A stretch of 64,000 nt of DNA, taken from positions 128,001 to 192,000 of the forward strand of contig CAVSMN010000020.1 of NCBI GenBank assembly GCA_963729045.1, given 5' to 3'. The translations under genes and the position numbers were made by a program. The notes below the pieces were generated by a model that was given only the letters and a program-made list of their open reading frames with translations, was not told the DNA's origin and searched no databases. Positions within the stretch are counted from its first letter, which is position 1; every line of letters begins with the position of its first letter. Of this stretch, positions 56,080 to 64,000 are shown piece after piece. Source of the DNA: an uncultured Nitrososphaeraceae archaeon. GTDB lineage: Archaea; Thermoproteota; Nitrososphaeria; Nitrososphaerales; Nitrososphaeraceae.

Positions 56080-57081
56080 TTGATCCAGATAGATGAAGAC
56101 AGAATTTTTGATATCATTAGAGAGAGAAAACCTCGTTCCGTAGCTCTGAATGGTCCTGAACCCCTATTACCAAAAATTCAAAAAGTTTCTGAAAAAATTG
56201 AAATTGAATTCAACATAATATCATATATAATAGGAGATAAGAGCTGGGGTTCTTGTGATCTTAACACACATGCTGCAGAGATGCTGGGTGCAGACATATT
56301 ATTTAACGTAGGGCATACTATAACTATAGAAAATTTTGGAGAGAAAGTATTCATGATAAATGCTTTTGATACCATAGGGTTTGATAATGTTGCACTAAAA
56401 TGCGCAACGGAATTAAAGGGGCGATTTAAGACTATATCATTAGTTACAGACAGTCAGCACTTGCATCAAATTGACATGGTCAAAAAGATTTTTGAGGATA
56501 ACGGTTTTGTCGTGGTAAAAGGGAAAGGCAAAGGACAATTGAATGATGCACAAGTCTTTGGTTGTGAATTTCATCCACTACACAACATCAAAAGTGAAAT
56601 TGATGCTTTTATTTTTCTTGGCCAAAGTAGATTCCATTCGATAGGGATAGCCCTTTCCACAGAAAAACCAACATTTATGCTAAATCCATATTTTGAGGAA
56701 TTTTTGCAAATCAATAACGAAGCAGAAGTTGTCAAGAAGAGAGCAATACTCTCTGTGTACAAGGCACTCGATGCAAGAACATTAGGGATAATAATAGGAT
56801 TAAAAGAAGGGCAATTTGCAAATATTAAAGCTTTAGAATTTAAGAAAGAGCTAAGTAAATTAGGAATTAATGTACAACTTATAGCTTTGACCGAGATTTC
56901 AAATGAGAAGTTAGAAAACTTTAGAGAAATTGATGCTTTTATTCAAGTAGCATGTCCACGATTAGGAACTGATAATTATTTTTCCAAACCAGTACTATCA
57001 GTTCCACAAGGATTAGCTTTGATAAAGTTATTAAAGAAAGAACCCATCGAAGAATTTTTCAAAATTCAGCATTGGTTATAG
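56080..57081 (+). CDS. dph2: Diphthamide biosynthesis radical-SAM enzyme Dph2
   Basis: WGSCD, QVFGC, VACPRL. Confidence 0.95.
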   Translation: MIQIDEDRIFDIIRERKPRSVALNGPEPLLPKIQKVSEKIEIEFNIISYIIGDKSWGSCDLNTHAAEMLGADILFNVGHTITIENFGEKVFMINAFDTIGFDNVALKCATELKGRFKTISLVTDSQHLHQIDMVKKIFEDNGFVVVKGKGKGQLNDAQVFGCEFHPLHNIKSEIDAFIFLGQSRFHSIGIALSTEKPTFMLNPYFEEFLQINNEAEVVKKRAILSVYKALDARTLGIIIGLKEGQFANIKALEFKKELSKLGINVQLIALTEISNEKLENFREIDAFIQVACPRLGTDNYFSKPVLSVPQGLALIKLLKKEPIEEFFKIQHWL

Positions 57082-57343
57082 GATAAGTTTGGATAACACC
57101 ACAATTCCGAATCATTTGATATTAAACTTGTGGTATATATTAGATATACAATACAATTCTTCTGCATGAGTGACATTTTATTGAGATTACCAATCAATCT
57201 CCTAATCAATAGGTTTAATAAAAAATAAACAATAGCATAAGTAGCATTGTTTGGTTTTTCAAACAATAATTATTATCCCGAATAATTGTTGCAGTAGAAT
57301 TTGTAAAGATTATATTTAATCATCTGCTATCATAAGCAAATTT

Positions 57344-57811
57344 ATGGTAGTTATATCAAAAAGGCTTTCCCTGATAATATTTTTTATTGCAGGATTCATT
57401 TTTATTGGGATAGGTATTGTTTCAATTATTGATTCGAACATCCCTAGATATGTAGAAATTACTGAGATGATAAAACCAAATCAATCTGGAATATTCACTC
57501 CAGATATGAATTCGGGTAACATCGCAAATATTTATGTTAATGGATCTGAATCTACAGTACTAATGATAGACCCCAACAATAAATTGATAATGAATAAAAC
57601 TGGAAATACGGGGGTAATGAATGAAACTGTTACGTCAGAAGTAAATGGTAAGTACAAAATTCAGGTTATTAATGAAGGAGAAAATACATTGAATTTGAAT
57701 TTAGGGGCATTTTCGAAGGCCAGTCCACTTGCGTTTAGTGGCCAAATGATGTTGATCATAACAGGTGTTGTAATATTAGGATTAGGAATCAGAACCAGAA
57801 TGCAGTCATAA
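57344..57811 (+). CDS. Membrane protein with two terminal TM helices and a beta-rich ectodomain
   Basis: Hydrophobic termini; GKYKIQVIN. Confidence 0.7.
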   Translation: MVVISKRLSLIIFFIAGFIFIGIGIVSIIDSNIPRYVEITEMIKPNQSGIFTPDMNSGNIANIYVNGSESTVLMIDPNNKLIMNKTGNTGVMNETVTSEVNGKYKIQVINEGENTLNLNLGAFSKASPLAFSGQMMLIITGVVILGLGIRTRMQS

Positions 57812-58642
57812 CTACCTCATTTCGTCTTTCTTATACGAACCTAATAACTTAAAGAATATAGTAGCGGACTTGACAGATAAAAGAGAGGCAGAAATTTTAT
57901 CATCATTAACGTTTCCCTCTAAATCTACAAAAAAATAATACTCCCAAGGTATATTTTTCGTAGGTCTTGATTCAATTCTTGTTAAATTAATGTTTCTTAA
58001 TGCAAACTCTTGGAGTATAGAATATAATGATCCAGGAGCATGAGGGATAGAAAAAATAACTGATATCTTATTGTCATCGGCTTTCATATCATAACTTTTG
58101 GAAATTATTAAAAATCTGGTAAAATTATTAGAATTATCCTCGATATCTTCTTCTACAACCTTCATGTCATAGATTTGGGCTGCATGTTTGCTAGCTATCG
58201 CCGCTGCGCTAGTATTATGAGTTTCTTTAATAAATTTAACAGATCCTGCAGTATCGTACATAGGGATTGATTCTAAGTGTTTCTTTTGGATATACTTTCT
58301 ACACTGAGCTAACGCCTGTGGATGAGAGTAGACAACAGAAATTTCGTCTGGAGACGAATTCTTATCGATGATTAAACAATGATGTATTTTTTGATATATT
58401 TCCCCGATAGCGTAAAGAGGTTTTTCAACTAGTAAGTCATAAGTTTCATTTATACTTCCTTCTGTAGAATTTTCAATAGGAACTACTGCCAGATCCACGA
58501 CAGAATTTTCAACACCATCAAACAATTCACGAAATGATCTAAATGGAATGAATGAATAATTTGGATCAGGATATTGAATACGGGCAGATGCTTCACTGTA
58601 AGATCCAGACTCTCCTTGAAAACCTACCTTGAAGGCATTCAT
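57812..58642 (-). CDS. pheA: Prephenate dehydratase
   Basis: FQGESGSYS, PIENSTEG, SHPQALAQC, NFTRF, IESRP. Confidence 0.95.
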   Translation of the reverse strand: MNAFKVGFQGESGSYSEASARIQYPDPNYSFIPFRSFRELFDGVENSVVDLAVVPIENSTEGSINETYDLLVEKPLYAIGEIYQKIHHCLIIDKNSSPDEISVVYSHPQALAQCRKYIQKKHLESIPMYDTAGSVKFIKETHNTSAAAIASKHAAQIYDMKVVEEDIEDNSNNFTRFLIISKSYDMKADDNKISVIFSIPHAPGSLYSILQEFALRNINLTRIESRPTKNIPWEYYFFVDLEGNVNDDKISASLLSVKSATIFFKLLGSYKKDEMR

Positions 58643-59266
58643 GTCATAGGAAATTGTTTATCATATAAAACTGTAAAGGATTCTTTTCCATAATCAATTG
58701 AAACTTTCCTGTCTTCAAAGTTACCACAGGAATTGCATTTCAATCCTCCTGGTACTTTGACAAATTCATTTCCACAAGAAAAGCAAATTGTATACACAAC
58801 TCCCAAGTCTCTGTCCTCTAACGTCAAATGAATTGAAGAATTCAATAAGCTGAATACTCTTCCTCTTATAATATCACCTACCTTAAAAACAAATTTACCT
58901 TTATAACTTCTCTCACGCCAGCCTGAACCATAGTTTCCACCCTGAATTAGACATACGAGTGGAGGCTATCGCAGAAAAACCAGATTTGGAATATTTTTCA
59001 TTGATATAAACAATCCTTACCGATATCATATTTCCAAATAGCATATCGATATATCCAACAACAATATCACCAATCTTAGGTATCATAGGGGGATTTTTTT
59101 GTTTGACACTTAATATACGATCGACCATATTAGCGCTAGATTTTCCAATAACAGAAGATCTAACCTCACCCTCATCTAAATAGGTGTTTTTACCCGCATC
59201 AAATTCCTCAATTATAGCTAACGATTTTCCAGGAATAATATGATCAATTTCATGAGTTTTATTCAA
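58639..59266 (-). pseudogene. csl4: Exosome RNA-binding subunit Csl4, +1 frameshift in a GGG run near 58940 (probably a sequence error)
   Basis: PGKSLAIIEEF, PKIGDIVVG; shifted frame FKVGDIIRG...DLGVV..CFSCG...CNSCG..EDRKVS. Confidence 0.9.
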
Positions 59267-59324
59267 ATCAAATCAAACGATATTTGTATTCTAATAGTTA
59301 TAATTGTTACATTAACTCAGATAT

Positions 59325-60194
59325 CTAGTGGATCATTTCGAGCATTTCTATTGCTTGTCTAGTTTCTTTGACATTATGAGTCCGTACCAGAGAGGCGCCA
59401 TTCATCACGCTATACATCTCAGCAATAATTGAAGGAATCAGTCTATCTTCCACAGCTAAACCAAATAAAGATCCTATAAACGATTTTCTGGAAATTGAAA
59501 CACATATTGGTTTTTTCAAAGACATTAGCAATTTAATATTAGCAATTATATCGATATCACGTACGTACCAATCCATTCCCAGAGTTTTGGAATAAAATGG
59601 ATTGAATCCTTCTTTTCTAAAAAAACCAATCGAAGGATCGATGATCAGTTTATCATCGTCGATTTTACATTTCTTGGCAATTCTAATACTTTCGGCTAAT
59701 AAAGAACTAGTATCTTGTATGTCTCCATCACCATAAAGATTTTCTCTATCTGACAAGTAAGCGCCAAGGATTACAGGAAGATCTTGTTCAGAAGCCAGAT
59801 TAGGCATTTTTTTATCATATTTTAAACCAGTAACGTCGTTAATCGCATTCACCTCTAATTTCAATAAGGATCGGATTACGTCGGATCTAACTGTATCAAC
59901 AGATATAGGAATATTGCTAATTTGTCTAATAGCTGAGATAGCATTGTGCAATCGTTTTGATTCGAGATCCTTCGGAATCAGTGTTTTCAAGTATGGAGCA
60001 GTTGACATACCACCAACATCCACTATATCAACTCCATTATCCTGCATTCTAAGGATTGTATCTTGAATCTCGTCTTCTTGACGTTTGATCGAGTCTTTGT
60101 AAAATGATTCGGGACTCACATTAATGATACCCATAATCCGAGTCTTTCCATATGGAGTGACTGAAATATTACCGACAATTGTCAACAAATACAA
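59325..60194 (-). CDS. folP: Dihydropteroate synthase
   Basis: MGIINVSPESF, DVGGMST, ISVDT, INDV, IDPSIGF, SRKSFIG, VRTHNV. Confidence 0.92.
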   Translation of the reverse strand: MYLLTIVGNISVTPYGKTRIMGIINVSPESFYKDSIKRQEDEIQDTILRMQDNGVDIVDVGGMSTAPYLKTLIPKDLESKRLHNAISAIRQISNIPISVDTVRSDVIRSLLKLEVNAINDVTGLKYDKKMPNLASEQDLPVILGAYLSDRENLYGDGDIQDTSSLLAESIRIAKKCKIDDDKLIIDPSIGFFRKEGFNPFYSKTLGMDWYVRDIDIIANIKLLMSLKKPICVSISRKSFIGSLFGLAVEDRLIPSIIAEMYSVMNGASLVRTHNVKETRQAIEMLEMIH

Positions 60195-60713
60195 ATAGAT
60201 TTTTTTCTTTTAAAAACATTCAGATGGATCTATTAAACCATTGGATGATTATCAAATATGGACCAAGTATCACAAATTTCAGAGAATTTTTTGAAAGACT
60301 AGCAAAGGTTTAGAAATGAAAATAAAAAGAATTCTCCATAATACGATTAACTATTGCTATTAATTAATTATGAAATTGATTAAACAATATCATCGTCACT
60401 GAGGACGAGTATTTAAGTTTTTATTGCATTATACCAGTAAAATGGGGTTTTTGATTCAGTCTACAAATTGTTAGATTGGAAAAAGATTCAATTTATTGAA
60501 TAGGAGTAAATGTTAATATTTAATTCAATTCAATTCCTTTTCATGCAGTTAAACATTATAGTTTATTAAATCCAATAGTAACATAATATTATCCGCTTGA
60601 ATGTTACCTTAAACATAAATCGCTATGAATGACTTTTGTCTGTTTTACACAGACCAATCTTGATCTTGGTTTTTTATTCTCGTTATTTTCGTATATTGGT
60701 TGTTAATGCTGGA

Positions 60714-61130
60714 CTAGTTTACTTTGAAAAGCTTTGAAAAGAAACCACTAATCGACGGCATTATTTTTTCCATGATTAAATTATCAAAATCATCTGTATG
60801 TGGATCTAATGTAAAGATCAAGAGATACTCTAATCTATTTTTTTGATTTGTAATTGGTATCGTAATCCGCAAAATTTTTTCATAAAGAGAGCAGGTATAA
60901 TTTAGTTTTCCAAGTATATCTTGCCACCTTAACCTAGTATATTGTCTGGTAGAGGCAGTGATAGCATATTGCTCAGTTTCTTCATCGCTTAAAAGTGGAA
61001 TTATTCCTTTACGTTCTGCAGTAGTAATAATTATTCCATGCTTGTCAGCAACCCCAATGAATCGTATTCTCGAATCGATTTGCACAATTTCATTGCAAAG
61101 GTTTTTGAAATCGGTAACATATTTTTCCAT
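60714..61130 (-). CDS. Thaumarchaeal DUF6659-like small alpha/beta protein (roadblock/profilin-like)
   Basis: IDSRIRFIGVADKHG...RKGIIPLL...LGKLNY...YEKI. Confidence 0.7.
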   Translation of the reverse strand: MEKYVTDFKNLCNEIVQIDSRIRFIGVADKHGIIITTAERKGIIPLLSDEETEQYAITASTRQYTRLRWQDILGKLNYTCSLYEKILRITIPITNQKNRLEYLLIFTLDPHTDDFDNLIMEKIMPSISGFFSKLFKVN

Positions 61131-61687
61131 GATTTATTATTATTGGTGTTTAAACAATGTATTATTTTAATTTTTTTCATATAGTAGTTGTCCCTTTAAT
61201 TCAATTCTTGTTATCCTTGACGCAGGGATTGTTTGAAAATTTTCAGAAATTAAGATGAAATCTGACAAGGTCGATTAGTTTATAATTTTCGTAATCCCTA
61301 TATGTTACAAGATACGAGGATGCATCATCTGCATAGAGTGCTTTACTGATAATTTCTTCTAATTTACCCTTCTTAGCCATTAATTATAATTTATTTACAT
61401 GTCATATATACGCCATCAAACGGTCTTTTCACCTGATCTGTATAGAGGACACTGATGTATGAATACGATATACAGATACGGTACGTTTTTAATAACCTGT
61501 CCTATGATTAGTTCTTATCAAATCTATGTTATTCGTATTTAATAGGATGAAAGTAGTGATCAATAAATCAATGATTCATAAAGGAAGATAGACAGTTCTG
61601 AAATTAACAATAACATATTTATTTCAATAACAAATTTTCAAAAGATTTAATATTGAACTTAGAAATAATGTAGTAGGCAAGCTTAGT

Positions 61688-62542
61688 ATGACTCACTGTA
61701 TAGCAATACATTCCTATAAGGGAGGCACTGGTAAGACCACAATAGCTGCTAATACCGCAGCATTACTTGTAAAAATGGGGAAAAAGGTTGCCATACTAGA
61801 TTTAGATGTCTATGCACCCAGCTTACATAATTATTTTAAGATAAATCCAAAAAAATGGATAAACGACTTTTTGGATAATAATGCAGATATTTATGAATCG
61901 ATAATTGATATGACTGAAATTCTTTTTAAAGATGACCAAAAGCAGGACAATTTTACAGGGAGACTCTATACGGGATTCTCTAATCCTAGCAGAGATGCGA
62001 TATTTAAATTTGAAATGGGTAATGGAACAGATTATTGGAAAAAACAGTTTAGGAAATTAGTTTTTCTTAGAGAACAAATTATTACAAAGCTCGATACAGA
62101 TTATATCATTATTGATACGAGTCCAGGAATAAGACATTGGTCCATTAATGCCCTATCAATAGCTGATAAATTAATACTTACTATGAAAATGGATGATTTG
62201 GACATTGAAGGAACTAAAAAACTACTGTTTGAAATTTATACAACATTTGTACGATTTGGTGCTATTTCTTATATATTGCTAAATAGGATATCAGGATATT
62301 GTATTCCGACTACCACACTCGATTCAAATATCGAAGAAAACCAAGATCATAAGAAAGTTTTGGAAGAACTTCATGCTGTTACTGGTGCAAACTCTCTTTC
62401 CCCACTGCCATGTTATTGCGACATACAATTTAGTCCTAGAGAGTTTTTGACAGTAATTAACAATCCAAATCATCCATTTTCTTTAAAATTAAGAAGCATC
62501 ATAAGCGAAATGACAAATAATACGCAGAATAACAAATATTAA
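61688..62542 (+). CDS. MinD/ParA family ATPase
   Basis: HSYKGGTGKT, LDLDVYAP, IIDTSPG. Confidence 0.9.
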   Translation: MTHCIAIHSYKGGTGKTTIAANTAALLVKMGKKVAILDLDVYAPSLHNYFKINPKKWINDFLDNNADIYESIIDMTEILFKDDQKQDNFTGRLYTGFSNPSRDAIFKFEMGNGTDYWKKQFRKLVFLREQIITKLDTDYIIIDTSPGIRHWSINALSIADKLILTMKMDDLDIEGTKKLLFEIYTTFVRFGAISYILLNRISGYCIPTTTLDSNIEENQDHKKVLEELHAVTGANSLSPLPCYCDIQFSPREFLTVINNPNHPFSLKLRSIISEMTNNTQNNKY

Positions 62543-62580
62543 TTTTAAATTAGAGAGCATATCAGTAGAGTTACGATAGA

Positions 62581-63213
62581 ATGAGCAAGAAGAAAAAGAA
62601 TTCAGACGTTGATAGTAACAAGAATAATGCTCCTAACAAGGATGATAATAACGATAGTAGTTATTTTGCAAGAGGTCGTAAGAAAAGAAAACAATATTTG
62701 AAAATAATAGTTCCTGTTGTTGTCGGGATAGCAGCTCTTGCAATTGTGTTAGCAATATTTTTTCCCAGTGAAAATGTAGCAGCCAAATATGGTGCTCTAG
62801 GATCAGCACATGAACATGCAGCATTATTGATTAACCTAAATGGTACAAACTTGGATCTAGCACAACAAAAATACATGGTGAGGTCTAACTATATTCACGT
62901 AGAAACATACAATGGCACACTGGATGGAACAACAATCCATAAACACTCGTCTAATGTTCCAATTGGTGAATTCCTCAAAAGTATTAGAATGGACGCTTCC
63001 AATGGGTGTTTCATTACAGATAGTAACCAGCGCTTTTGCGATAACGACCAATATAAACTAAAATTCTATGTTAATGGTAATCAAACTAAAGACATAATGA
63101 GCTATGTAATAAACGATGACGACAGAATATTGATAACATATGGAAAGGAAAATACAACTGAGATAAATAGACAACTACAAGAATTAAACAATCTTCCAAT
63201 TAATAAAAAATAA
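62581..63213 (+). CDS. Membrane-anchored hypothetical protein with conserved-looking His motifs
   Basis: Basic N-terminus, one TM, HEHA, IHVE, IHKH, C-x8-C, LKFYVNG, DDDRILITYG. Confidence 0.7.
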   Translation: MSKKKKNSDVDSNKNNAPNKDDNNDSSYFARGRKKRKQYLKIIVPVVVGIAALAIVLAIFFPSENVAAKYGALGSAHEHAALLINLNGTNLDLAQQKYMVRSNYIHVETYNGTLDGTTIHKHSSNVPIGEFLKSIRMDASNGCFITDSNQRFCDNDQYKLKFYVNGNQTKDIMSYVINDDDRILITYGKENTTEINRQLQELNNLPINKK

Positions 63214-63277
63214 TTATCTCCATTTTTTATTAGAACATTTAGCTTATTCATCGGAAGGTAAAACGTCAGTTATCATA

Positions 63278-64000
63278 TTAATTCAATTCAACTGGAAGTG
63301 TAGGATTATTACCCCATTCTCCCCAAGAACCCAGGTACATTCTTACTTTGGGATATCCAAGTTGTTTAAGAGCAAGATAAGTATTTGCAGCTCGGTAACC
63401 ACCTTGACAATACGTTATAACTTCTGTTTCTTTTGATATAAAGGAATATAACCTCGCCAAAGCGTCAAATTTTAAGAATTTCTCATTGCTAAGATTGTTT
63501 GACCACTCAACATTAACGGATTTAGGTATATGCCCCCGGTGAAAAGCACGGGCAATAGAGCCGTTGTACTCGGCCTGGGAACGGCAGTCAATAATTGCCA
63601 CATCCGGTGAATTTTTATCTACACAGTTTTTCATATATTCCAAATCAGCTAATATCGCCCTATTCGTATAAAAATTGAATGCGGAATGTGAATATTGGTT
63701 TGTCTTCATTTCAACTGGATATTTAAGTTTTGACCAGTTTTCAAACCCACCATCTAACATAAATGAATTAAGATGAGAGAAATAATTCAATAGCCAAACA
63801 CCCCGAGAAGCGGTAGGACCTGAAACATTATCATAAAAAATAACCCTATTTGAGGGATTAATACCTAGATAATTTAATAGTAAACCCATTTGTTTTTCAA
63901 ATTGCAAAATTCCCATTGTAGAAGTATCAAACCAATGGAAATGCATCAAATCGATATTAATGGCACCAGGGATATGACCCTTAGCATACTCAGCAAATGA
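63278..64000 (-). CDS. Tandem-rhodanese sulfurtransferase (5' end outside the window)
   Basis: Frame open to the window edge (EYAKGHIPGAINID); GHIP, YCQGGYRA, YLGSWGEW. Confidence 0.92.
   Translation of the reverse strand, partial: SFAEYAKGHIPGAINIDLMHFHWFDTSTMGILQFEKQMGLLLNYLGINPSNRVIFYDNVSGPTASRGVWLLNYFSHLNSFMLDGGFENWSKLKYPVEMKTNQYSHSAFNFYTNRAILADLEYMKNCVDKNSPDVAIIDCRSQAEYNGSIARAFHRGHIPKSVNVEWSNNLSNEKFLKFDALARLYSFISKETEVITYCQGGYRAANTYLALKQLGYPKVRMYLGSWGEWGNNPTLPVELN

Noticed and set aside
60392..60410. Small hairpin containing CTGAGGA
   Set aside because: No GAAA partner or supporting stems for a ribozyme; likely chance

Overview
AT-rich archaeal chromosomal segment from an ammonia-oxidising archaeon of the Nitrososphaeraceae. 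The 16S/23S sequences, unlinked 5S, gene content and low GC suggest Ca. Nitrosocosmicus (inference, no search run). Most of the window is core housekeeping: sdhABCD, argH, ilvE, hisS, infB-ndk-rpl24e-rps28e-rpl7ae, KEOPS genes, dph2, pheA, csl4, folP. It also holds one 16S-23S rRNA operon on the minus strand with very long, microsatellite-rich, hairpin-rich spacers, and three tRNAs: Pro(CGG), Gln(TTG) with an intron at position 10/11, and Leu(TAG) with two introns. A variable region between tRNA-Pro and tRNA-Gln encodes a secreted Gln/Asn/Gly/Ser repeat protein resembling a functional amyloid, a KGG stress peptide, a stand-alone ZnF-UBP and IS630-like remnants. A divergent Hef-like helicase / XPB / Bax1 cluster sits at the left end. 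The most unusual observations are the candidate curli-like archaeal matrix protein, a tRNA-Gln leader that duplicates the acceptor strand and may enable splicing at 10/11, two apparent pseudoenzymes (PurF-like and nucleotide-sugar-dehydrogenase-like), a k-turn over the rpl7ae ribosome-binding site, and a 16S processing BHB about 570 nt upstream of the mature end. Five or six single-base frameshifts in core genes most likely reflect assembly errors. All protein assignments are by motif recognition only.
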